From: Catajapyx aquilonaris
Lineage: Eukaryota
DNA length: 64,000 nucleotides
Assembly: GCA_000934665.2 (NCBI GenBank)
Contig: JYFJ02000032.1
Span: 1 to 64,000, forward strand
Direction: 5' to 3'
The notes beneath the pieces were generated by a model. It was given only the letters and a program-made list of their open reading frames with translations, was not told the origin of the DNA and made no database searches. Below, one piece after another: positions 14,001-26,100 of the stretch. The position numbers were made by a program, and so were the translations under genes. Each line of letters starts with the position of its first letter. The first letter of the stretch is position 1.

Positions 14001-17000
14001 CCAGCTGTTTTGCTCTGGTTTTATAATATATAAAAAATGCTGAGGCTGGCTGGGACTTTTATCTCTCCTCTTTTCCGTGATTCACGAAAAGTCTTCATCT
14101 AGCAAAAGGCGGATTCATGCTGGATGCTGTTAACTCGTGGAGAATCTTGTGAAGGGGATTGGGGAGCAATGCACGCTCCATGCTTGCGCCATATAGACCG
14201 AAAAGAGGAGGGGGCCCAGTGCAATTTTGTGGGCTTTCCGCTCTTTCATGCCAGAGTGGTAATGTTTAATTGCTGGAAACACGACTCCGCGGGAAAAGGG
14301 GGGAAGCGTATGTATGTGTATGTTCACTGTGTGTGTGTGGCATGTGTCCCCCCTCGATGAAGCCAGATTACCTCACTTATATAATGTCCTTTTGGGGTCA
14401 AAAGCATCGGACCTGTAACGCTATCCATATATATAGCATGTACCATAAAGTCCTGCTCGCTTGCCTTGTGGCCTGCCATAATTCTAATTAAGCGCTCTTC
14501 ACATCTGGCATCGCTTAACATTGCAGGCATTTAGTGTCAATTGCAATATTTGCGCTATGAATTTGCTCTGCTCGTTTCCGACGCTTTAATTCCGGAGTGG
14601 AAACAGACTCTGTGTGAGCATTCCGGACATCTTTGGACCGTTTCCTTTGCAGACAAGGAATGCGGTTTAAAAATAAAGTGTATTTACAGATGAAAGAGTA
14701 CGGGACATTATATCAATGAATTATTCAAATATAATTATGTAGTATTCAAAGTATTCAGTGGATTATATCAATGTATTATTTGAAATAATTCTCTCACAAT
14801 TTTTAGTTATATCTAGGGTCCGTTATAAACATTAGAAATATTATTACGATTTTGATATTTTTGCATTGTGTTATTGTTTCATGCCTAATGAACATATAAG
14901 CTTACTCTACACTTCATGACGACTAGTTAACTTAGTATCGGCAGAACCATTATGTATAGCATAAAATGACGCACCTCCGAGAGAATCGAACAAGCACTCC
15001 GGGTATACCTGAAGGCGAAACCTCTTTCACCTTTACGGAATCTGCACTGCACGAACGGATGGCAGATTAATAAATAACTAAGCAAAATCGTCAATCATGC
15101 AAGTTGAGTTTATTAGTTATGGGTATAGGCCTAATCTCCATTAGAACATATGTTACACTGCTTTCAGCGTCAACATATTTTACATTGTACAGGAAGCACG
15201 CTCTGTACGCAAAGTTGCTTCGAAGTTTGCAGAGAAAATCTAATGTTCAGCCTATAAACTTGGTCGGAGCATTGTCTTCGGCAACAACATACTGTTGAAA
15301 TTACATGTATGCACTTTGCATGATTGTCACAACTCGTGATATATACAGTTACGTTAAATGAATATTTGAAATCGAAAATAATAATCCGCGCAAAGCAACA
15401 GGCAGGTGTCAATATTGTTGACATCGTTGATCAACTCACTAATCACTATTCAATTGTCGACAATTGACTAAAATAATTTTGTTACATAGGCTACAGATCG
15501 ATCGTATTGGTGTCAAGTGTTTCTGACGCTGCGTGTATAGGCCTATACTTTGCGAGCATCGTGCATGGTTTGCACCTTCACACTTTTTCTCAACTTCAGA
15601 TAGCATCTAATATTTTAATTTGCTCAATTCGTATAGCAATTTTTACATTTTATTTCGAGTAAAATGTTAATGAAATCGAAGGAAATATCAATGCAAAAAA
15701 TCACTTGTCAGTGGCGATATAATTTTCTAAGTATAGTTGGTGCTATTGCAAGCATATGCAGAGCAAACACCATTGAGATTTCATATAACACCCCTCAAAA
15801 TAATTTGTGGAATAGGCTGTCTGCGCTAATTAGTTTTAGATAATAATTACTGCACGATGCGAAATAGAGCCAATCGCCTGCCACGAAACCAATTCTGACG
15901 TAACTGTAACTCCCCACTTTCAATTTAATAGCAAGTGGTAGGCTATACTTGCATCCTGAATTGCATTGCAAATACCGCGTGTGAATTTTTAACATGGTGT
16001 GCAGTAAATGGCGTTGCAAAAACGCCACTTACTTTATGAAGGCGTGTAGTAAACCACTATATTGAATCCTTCAGCAATTTCGCGTTACGCACTTCTATGC
16101 CAGTAGCCATGATGTTACATCAGCAGGTGTCCCTGAGAGCGTGCTCAGTAGGCTGTTATGATGCCTCTTGAACTAATAGGAGGGACGAAAGTACCAGGAA
16201 AAATGGCGAAAGGTGACATGTTGGTGTAAATGCTTGGTTAATGCCCCAGCCATATGCTGGCAGAGACATCCCGCGTTACAAAGATTGAGATTCGTGTTCA
16301 AGCTGCAGCTTTTACAACCTCTGCAGAAGCGAGAACTTAACACGTCTTCCACACGACCTTTTTTTTCTTTCTTCTTCTATACTTCTTGGAGGCACCATCA
16401 TATAGAACAAGTTTTATAGATGTTATGGCCGGCAATCTCCCGGGTGTCATTTCGCTCGAAATTTCCCCAGCTTTGATATTCTATGCGGAATTAAATCTCA
16501 AGTGCAATGGTCATCTCTAGGAAATGGCAGCCTTTGATAAAATGCGAAAATTGCACGCTTATTAAATAGCTTGGGTCTGGTCGTGCGACATTTTCGCACC
16601 CTGTAATGAAAGGGGGTGAGCGCACTTAATTCTAATTTTTTTTTTGCGTGTATAGACTGTGGATTGCCAACCGATGCCATAAACCTTTTGCTTCCGCCTA
16701 AGATTGGCCAACGTCCTCTCGCGGAGACAGGAAAAAAAAGGGGAATATAAAAAGTGGTCGATTGTTTTACGAGCAGCACCATTAAGGCGAAGAAAACGAA
16801 ATAGCCTGGACTGTCATCCGCACTGGCCTCTTCGCTTCCCTCCAAGACTGTCCTCTCTTCTCATACACTACTGGGGAAAAAATATATATCCGGAAGTATA
16901 GGAGAACAAAAAAAAAATCCTTATCTGAACGTTTCCTTCGCCTGGGGTCCCACAGATCCATGGTCCTCACTGCACTGTCTTGAATGGAACACTCCCTTAC

Positions 17001-20000
17001 CCCGTAAGAGCCCTCTTCCCAAATCTAGCCTCACATTTCAAAGTGTTTCGTACAGCTTCTTGCAAACTTGATGATATTTCTTCGCCTCGGGTTTCGGGGA
17101 CACGCTGGAGGATTTTCCAGTCCGATGTTTTTCCGGGAGGGTAGACGCGCATCAGGTGCAAACGGTATTGGGAAAGGGCATGAAGAAGTACACGGGGGTT
17201 GGGGAGGGGAGTTTCAAAAAAAAAGAGAGAAGAGCTTTGTCTTCTGTAACAAGATGATCACTATGATTTATAGGAGCTCAGGTTGTTTGTCAGGCCGTGG
17301 AGGACGGAGTATGAAACTATTTTTAAATAGATGAGAGAAACGTGTCGTTCTTGAGCGGTTGATGTAATAATGCAGGTGCCGGCAACAAACGGGATGTTTT
17401 TTTGAGGTGGTCGTGCACAATTATTAGAAAATACGCTGCCAAAAACAACGGTTGGAATTGTTGACGTGAAGCCGTTGTTGGCAGGAGGTTTATTTTGATA
17501 ACAATTAGTTTCATGCTTGTGCTCAACGGAGCGTGTAATGGGTCATGAAATAGTCTTATAACGGCTAGGTTGGCCATTATTCATTTCCTATATTACTTAC
17601 ATTTCCGTATCGTAATATACAAGATGGTGTACAGTTCAAGAGGGTTTACAAAAGGAGCAAACCAATTAGTACATGAAATTATTGTTCATTTCCTTAATAT
17701 TTGTTGCCTGAATACACAACTGTTGTGTTTGTTTCAATCTTGACAGAGTCTGACTTCCAATACTCCGGTATAATCAAGATGCATTCACTGTTAGACGTGG
17801 TTTTACAAACACCTAGAAGGTAATTACTGAACAAAATTTGACTCGAAATTTCTGAAGGAGCTGGCTGAACCTGGCATGCCACTTATTGATTTTTAAGCAG
17901 CCCCCGAAATCAGGGAAAAGATTACAAAACTGTGCCCCTCATGTCAAAGTAAAGAAGAAAAGGCCGTGGAGTTCCCCAGAGAACTTCTTGGGGGATCCAA
18001 GCAATATAGCCTCTGCATCAAAAATTCCATTAAGGAATCGAGGTCTAGAGGGATAACGTAATCTGATAATAGGAAAGGTGTATAGTCGCTCTAATAGGTC
18101 GACAGGCAACTTGGGACTGGAGTTTCTGACCCTTTAAAATCCATATAGTAAACCACATAGTGTGTACAGTGTCTTGTACTGCATATTTTATGAATCCTGG
18201 ACTTGGTGGGGCGACAACCTTTAAAACAACAACGACAAACTGAGTTTGATTACACCCCAGCTCGTGCACTAGCAAAGCGGGGTGATGGCAGCTGAAATAT
18301 TACAGTTAGCTGCTATTGCGGGACTTGTCGTTTCCAATCCCTTTGGCCATTTCTCTTATTCAAACCCGAGCAATTACACCGAGAAACAATGAGTGTGTCG
18401 TGGGAAAAGGGGTGCCATATTACAACTGCATGGAGGCCAAACCATTTATGAATTTTATCATGCACAAACACAGGGTGAGTCGCTGTCCAAAGAGCAATAT
18501 TAGGTGTTGGAAATAGTCTGAGATCCTTATCCTGAAGATTGAAAGAGTGTGGCAGGCAGGAAAGGTGTTGGTTTTTTTCCCCTATAGCTTTCTTATATCT
18601 TTCCCCCCGTGTTTTTGAGTGGGAGAGGATGTGGTGTGAGATGTATAGTCGATGGTGTGAAGGGTTCTGATTGCCGTGGGCGGATCCAGCTGCGTAGGAA
18701 GCAATGGCCCACAAGTCATCGGCAGGCCTCGGAAATCAGACACAAAGGAGGGGGGGAAAACATTACGGCCGCGGCATTACGTGATTTAGGTCCGCGTCAA
18801 AGCTGCAGGTCGGCAGATCCTATCTCCAAATTGGAAATGCTCGAGAAACCAAAGCCAAGCTGAAAACGTCAATATCTTATACTCGCTTTATGCAAACGCT
18901 CTCATTTCCTCTCATTCCCAGAGTTGTAAATATTTAAAATTGAGATTACAAACAAGCGTATCGATCGGACCTGTCGTTCCGGGTTAAGTTACGCCCAAAT
19001 AAATGGCAGGGGTAAAAAATATTACTCGTTCTGTAAGTTATAAGGAATACACATCCAATAGTCAAGTTAGTGGTCAGCATAAACTAACACTTGAATATAG
19101 CAAATTGAAAGGGACAGGTGGAACGTACCCAGTAATATTTTTCCTTCTGGTCTCCGCGGCGGCACGTAATATATGCAAGTGCATCTCAATTTCTGTGACT
19201 TTATTAACCTGCTACGCAACAAAATAATATGAGATGCGTCGCCTCTCAAGTGTGCGGAAAAGACAATGGCATTATAATTTATGTGAGAGTGACTCTTTTT
19301 GCAGATTTTCCCAGGCCAAAAAGTTTACCAACCTGGAACGCCTTTTTGTCGTCAGGATGTCCGCAGTTAAATTCCAGACCTGCAAGACTATATTATCACT
19401 TTAGGCTTTCAAACAACCGAACGATTATTCACGTACAAAAAGAAGATTACAACACGGATTTGAAGCCAGGTCACGAAGCACTGGACCCAATTTCAGTGGA
19501 CCGAGGGATTTTTATCAGAGCATGTGTCCCATGCCAATTCCACAGTTTAAAAGAGAAAATCAATTCCAGCAATTAATGAAAGTCCATCAAAAAAGCTATA
19601 GAAATGGACACAGGAACAGACGCAGCTTTTGGGCCATAGCTGTACCAGGAGAATATAATATTCTCCTGTGACTGACAATTTCGAGAGTATATAGGTCTGT
19701 GTCGCAGAATATCTTTCACTCTGCCAGCAGCACTGTGGGGGGATGCCGGATATATGGAAATGGGACTGCACTTTCATTTCGCAATATAGCATTCAAGAGG
19801 CAGTTATCCGCATTCTCGCAGGATTTTCGCGATATTTCATTGATTTGCACCGTTTCTTTTCCTGGGTGCCGAATCCTCCCCCTTGCATATAATTCAGCTT
19901 TGCAGAAAAGTTTCCATTCCCCGGCAAGGGAGCTATAATGCGATTGTGTGAGGGACTTGATTTTGAATTGCATGAGCGGAAAAGCAATGAGCTCGGGCTG

Positions 20001-22689
20001 CAAGAGTAATCCAGTATGGGGACTTTACTTGCAGGGTGAAAATCCCCCTACATTGCAGTTAGGGCCCCTGACATTTTCATTTTCAGGAGCTTTGCCCGTT
20101 GTTTAGTCATGCCTCATGACTCATTTTCGCCTGCGTGGTCCGAACGGAAGCCGAGGTGACGTCCGGCCTTATCGGAAACGAATGTCCCCGTCCCTTGCTT
20201 TTCATACGCTTTGATCGCAGCAGCACCACCCTCCGACCCACAACCCTCCACCGAAAATGACGTCCCTTTTGGTTTAACCCCGTGCAGCCTTGCAGCAAAT
20301 GAGATTTAGGGCTAATGCCCCGCGACTTTTCAACTCGCAGGACGCAACCCCCGACGTTTTGACGTCACGCCGTCCCCTTTCACACTACGAGGCTCCAAGA
20401 AAATATACCGAGTGTCTCTTAATAACACCACCAGCGTCCTATAGGGCCAACTCGTGGGGAGCATACGATCACTTTAGAGGTGTAATTTTGGTTTAGGAAA
20501 GCCTCGTTATCCAGCAGCTTCGTATATCCTGGCAGGTGTGCGTCCATCCAGCTTGACTTTTTAATTGAAAATGTAGCAGGCAATGGAAGGCTGTATCCGC
20601 CGTTAATTATACGAGTCCTGTCGGTATATTGTCACGGCACACCATGTAAATATGTAAGTGCCTCGTGGGCAACCCCTGGCCATCTTTGGTTACCTAAGGG
20701 ATAAAAGCCCATGCTAAGCGTGGGATTTGAGGCAGCCAAAAAGTCGTCACCCTCACATGCTGCTGCCACTTGTCCCCCTCATTTGAGGGCGTCGTCGGGA
20801 ATAAATCCGGAGCCTAATGACTCCGGGTCCGGTCGGCATTGTCATGAAGGGGGGGTGCGACGGCCACCCCTGACACTTTGTCAAGGCGTCCATCGCACGG
20901 GGGCGAGCCCAAAATATATGCGAGGCCTCGCACAATGCTGTACCGGGGAGACGCTGAATTCGAGTGGGTGGATACACTACAGTGGAGGAGAAGTGTGCTT
21001 GATCATCACTTGTCTCTTGCCAAGAGGATCCCCCCCAGCCATGTCATCACTGCATTTTAATACGTGGCCATTCAGATGGTGATTGCGTTTTTCAATAAAT
21101 CCCCAACATCCCCATCTATGCGTTGGGTCAACAGGCGGACGAGTGCGGTTTTATTTTGCGGGGATTGGCCGACCTGGATATTGCTAATTGTGCACACTTT
21201 TTTGGGGAGCTTGTTCAGGGCTGGTAGGAGCAAAAATATTCGAAATTGTAAGTACAGTATAGTTGGTGTCTGCTGATGGCATCCTAATAAGTGGGAATGT
21301 TTGTGTGACAGAGAGGTGAAACTGAAATGTGTCGTGCTGTGCTGCTATTTTGACAGTACGTGTCGTTCTAACCCAGATTACATGCGCAGAGCGACACCTG
21401 ACCACTTAGTTTTTTTTTCAATTTCATGTTACCAAGTGATGTCCCACTCTGGTTCGACACTCTTCATTATACTGTACGTACATCTGTTACATTTGCCATA
21501 CTTCACTCTCTGACAGATAATGATGTCAACATAATTATATCCAGCTTATACTTTGAGAGAGAGAGAACGTAATGCATGTCATCAGCGAAGCAGTCAATAG
21601 AATTAATGTCATTTTTTTATTCGTTACGAATTTTGCACACAAATGGTATGGAATTATTGTGGAGAAGGGCATGATTGAGATGCTCAATTAGAACACAATC
21701 ATGGTGCAGTATCAAGTAATATTTCCTGGAAGAGCATTGAGATCGACTTGTGTTTATATTTTGATGTTATTCAGCTTTGCTCCAGGGAAATGACTTTAAT
21801 AATGGAAATAAAATGACGAATTCAGTACAAGCTGCTCAACTGCAAGCCTCGGGCAATTCCAGTACCCTTGTTATAAGAACGAAGTATGAATGGCGCCTTT
21901 TCTCATTTCCGGTGTGCATATAGGATTTACCAAGGTCTACATAATTATTATACAGTGTCTTTTCCTTTTGTCTAAGAAATTGCTTGGTTTTTGTTGAAGT
22001 TCTTATGGTATATAATTACGGTGCCAATAGCAACACATTCACACAATGATATGAAAAACCTTCTTCCATATCATTTTAACTAGTTTATTGGAAAATATTA
22101 ATTCCGATAATCGACAAGCCTTTGTGTACTGTTTAAACACTGAATGATAATGACTTGATGCAAACATGAGCCTATTAGCCAAATTATACTGCACTGTACG
22201 TTAACAGTATAGTAATTTTGATAGCGTTGTACAGGGTAGAATGAGAATATAATGGGGTAATCTGAGTGTAATAAATTTTAACAGCCAGGGTTAAAGTTCT
22301 TTGATTTGGAAACCTATTAGGCAACACCCATTGTGTACCTATTATTCAGCAATTTAATTGCGGAAAAAGTAATCAAATGATGTAAGCTAATGTTATGGCT
22401 TATAAATAGATACATACGCAGCTCAGGTTTCCATTGACACGTTTTTGGTGCATCGGTGTGCGCATGATTTTTATCAGGGAAGGAAAAATGTGTGTGGTGA
22501 TATCACCCTGTAGGATTATAGGGGCGATTCTATAGTGTATCCGATGTAGCGAAGGGAAAAGAGATGCTGGAGAGCCGAGTATAGTGGCAAAGAGGAAGAG
22601 GGTGGAGATGGCCGCTTTAGATATTGGTCTCTCGGGTGAGTCTGTGCCTGCAGCTCTCTCAGCTGAGAAGAGAAGAGACGTTGAAGCAT

Positions 22690-23161
22690 CCATCCAGTCA
22701 TAGCACCGCGTTTCCTATCGGAGGGGGACAAGCTTTTGTTCCATTCCGCTGCAGGGGTTCCCAAGACAAAAGATGCCATCAGGCCGCGTCCATTGATTTT
22801 CACATTTCGCTACACCTCAAGACAGTCCTTCTGCTGCCCTACAAAAACGTATCAAACACCTGCAACTTTCTCTTCTCTCCCATCCCATCCATTTACTTTG
22901 GTTGACGAAGCAAAGAAATCTCCGGAGGACCCCCCTCCAACTCTGCGACGCCGGAGAAATAAATGGACAAGCAGCAAAAGAGAGAGAATGAACAGCATGC
23001 AAGCTATACACACACAGCCAGAAAACGAGATCAGCAGAAACAGAACACTGGTCGAGTTTGTGCCTGGAGCCACCCCGAGAAGATGAGAGAAAGTGAAGGG
23101 TAACAGGTAGTACGGTTGTTGGCCTTCAACTTCACATTCGCACTGATGGTACCAAGGTGTG
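22690..23161 (+). other. Candidate first exon / 5' UTR ending at a splice donor; 5' boundary approximate
   Basis: GA-rich leader, Inr-like CCAGTC at 22694-22699, several short ATG-initiated ORFs, donor TG|GTGAGC at 23161/23162 followed by an abrupt shift to A/T-rich sequence. Confidence 0.35.
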
Positions 23162-26100
23162 GTGAGCCAAAATAAAAATAAGAAATAAATAAATAAAAGA
23201 AGGGAGCATCACGACGGATCCATTAATTTATTCAATTCATGTATTAGTATTATTTTACTTATTGTATAGCAGCATTCAGGACAATACAATGTAGAGCTGT
23301 AAAAGCACTGAAATTTACACATTTTTTTGCGAAAAAAGGGCGCCGAGAATTTTCAGCGTGCTGTCAAAAAACTGGCATTGCGGCAGGAATCTGCCAGAGC
23401 AGAATAGAGTATAACAAATAACCTGAATAATGTTGTCAAAATTGGGCTACAGAGTCTCATTATTGCATTCATTTCCATAATGTGGTGCGCAGCATAATAT
23501 GGGTCTACTCCAAATTACTGTAAATTACTACTGATGATTATCTAGCTTTTCAGTGTATATCAATCCACATAAAGTTTGTTATATACGCCTCGGTCATGCA
23601 CTATGCAACCTGCGTTGTAAATACGAGGCCTGCTTGAAATGTTAAAATTGCTTCCGGGCATCATTGTATACTGCTGCTCTAAATTTTACTTGGCCCATGT
23701 GAAAGAGACACCCTCATTATTTTAAAGTGTTTGGCCACCAACTTCAAATGCTAACAACCCTTCCGATGAGATGCGTTTTCTCAAAGTGACACTCGCCGAC
23801 TCCGCTGTCTCTAAATCTTTATTCCATACCGAATGAGTAGGGAAACACATGTCAGCTTGTAAAGCCGGAGCAGGGTTAGGTTTAATTAGCGTCTTCCTCT
23901 CGGTTGTGACACCTGAAGATATGTCCCGATAAACACGCCTCGTTTAAATAGGTCGCCACGGGTGAGTCGTAACTATTAGAAACTCACCTGCTTTTTTTTC
24001 GATCCGGAAAAAAAATATCAGGCGATATTTCCATATATGTCCCTCACCGTATATATAATAATGTTGCGCGCCCCCTTGAAAGCTAGGAATTCGTTGCATG
24101 TGTAGGGTTGGCTGCCGCCTTTGATTTTATCGACGTGATATATTTGATTTTATCGTGACCGACTTCAACTAAGCAGAGTTGTCAGTCATGAATATGCACA
24201 AATGCTCGGCGCGAAACAAGAGCGCTGCCGGAGTATATGGCGTGTGATGCATAGCCACATGCTATTATTATAGGAACATTAATACCCAGCTCCCTATACA
24301 GGACTAGTGTGCAGGATAGATGATGCACACCCGCATTTATACCGTAATTAATAATTACGGGCGTATTGTCCAACAGGTATTTTGTTGCGAGGAGGGGGAG
24401 GATTAAAAACATTCCAGAAACGCGTGATTGATCTGGTCTGACATGACTCGACCCTTTCATCAAGTTAATGGGTGGGAAAAAAAACTTGGGACATTTTCTT
24501 TGTGCACTTAGAGATCCGATGACGAATTCGCCTGCAGCATGCCTATTTGGAGGCGCGCAAATTGTCAAAATTAGCGGCTTTTAAAGTGATTGCTCAATCG
24601 TAGCAAATGTAGCATAATCAGCATAGTGTGCGTCAGATCGTCAAAACCAGAACATGTTCACCGGAAGTTCGCCTTTAAAATATGTCAAAATCATATAGCG
24701 GCCTGCAAAAAGTTTCTTCGTTGCACGGTCTGTGCTGTTCATATAATCTCAATCGGACAAGTGGATATAGCTGGGAGAGATACGGAACTGGCAGTAGTCC
24801 TATCATCTCTTGGACTCCTACAGACCGATTGTTGCAGACTTCACGTCCGTGAGATTAAAGAGCAGAATTTCCCGGGTCTCTTCTTACCTGGCCCACCGAG
24901 CAAGGCCATCACGAAATGAAATCCCACTAAGTTATCCCCGTTGGTGGGGCACACAACTTCTTTCATTTAGCCCTGCCTATAGGGAAGAGGAAAGATAGTT
25001 TTTCCCCCCTGCTACCTACGCACATGCCTGATGATATAACCACACATATGTGGATGTATCCTAATCCAAATTTTTTTAATTGGCGCTGGTTCCCTCCTGA
25101 GAGCAAATCCTCCTCCTTCCTGTTGACAAGCTAGTTTGCCAGCGCCAAGGGGAGCTCGCAATTGTTATGGAACAGCCCTCCTTCTTCCTGTCTCCGTCGT
25201 CGTCGGCACAATCACAAAAGGGAGAGGTGGACAAGGGGACAAGAGACCGGAGGGGGAGTGAGCCTGGGTTTCCTCCCCCTCCCTCTTTCCCCCCTCCCCT
25301 CTATATACAGCCAAGCTGGATATATGAATCCGGGTGTCTGATGGAGTCTGCAGCAGCCCTGATTCTGGTACAAGTGGGGGTGCCAGTTGGTAGCTTGGGG
25401 GAGATGACTGAAGAAAATCCCTCCACGACAGCAGGGGTTTTCGGTGGGTGCCTTTTGTTGCCTTACCTTATGGAGTGTCCTTGTCTTGCCAGGTTTCAAT
25501 GGGAAATATGCGCAGACTTTGCTTAGAGCAGGTGAATAGTCCTCTCCTTCCCTTTTTTTATCTCCCTTCCCCCCCATCCACTCTACTGGTCCTGTTCAGC
25601 CACTGCTTATTTATGCGTTGACAAAGGCAATCAGCCTAAAGAATTACCCAAAAGGGGACAATGGAACGACTGCTTGCACGCTTAATTTCACCCCACTACA
25701 TGCATCAGACTTCGTGGGACATTGGTGGTTAGTTGCAGAAGGCAGATGCAGGGTGTCTCAAAAAAAATATCTCCTGACACACCCTGTACTATCCATTGTC
25801 CAGTTTTTGGTCCACATGATGAACTACTGTGGACCGATTTCCCCCCACCATCCTGCCATAAAACTACCCTCCGCCTCATTACCGAAGCATCGCTGCCGGC
25901 TTGAAGTGAACTCAATCGCACAGATCGGGTTGGTGGTGCTGCTGCAACCGGTCGCTCCCAGGGGACGTTCCCCTTGGCACGGATTTCCAAACAAAATGAC
26001 TCGGCAAAACGCGGCTCATTGCCATTGTTGTCGAGGGGGGGGGGGAGGTATGTGTGGAGGGGAGTGGGGCATGGCGATGAAAGTGCAAATGACACTGGAT

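Noticed and set aside
22502..22528. ACCCTGTAG (miR-10-like 5' end) in a small hairpin
   Set aside because: Only 9 nt match and the hairpin is far too short
24120..24155. 13-bp direct repeat TTTGATTTTATCG, two copies
   Set aside because: Only two units; looks like a local micro-duplication, not a CRISPR array or satellite
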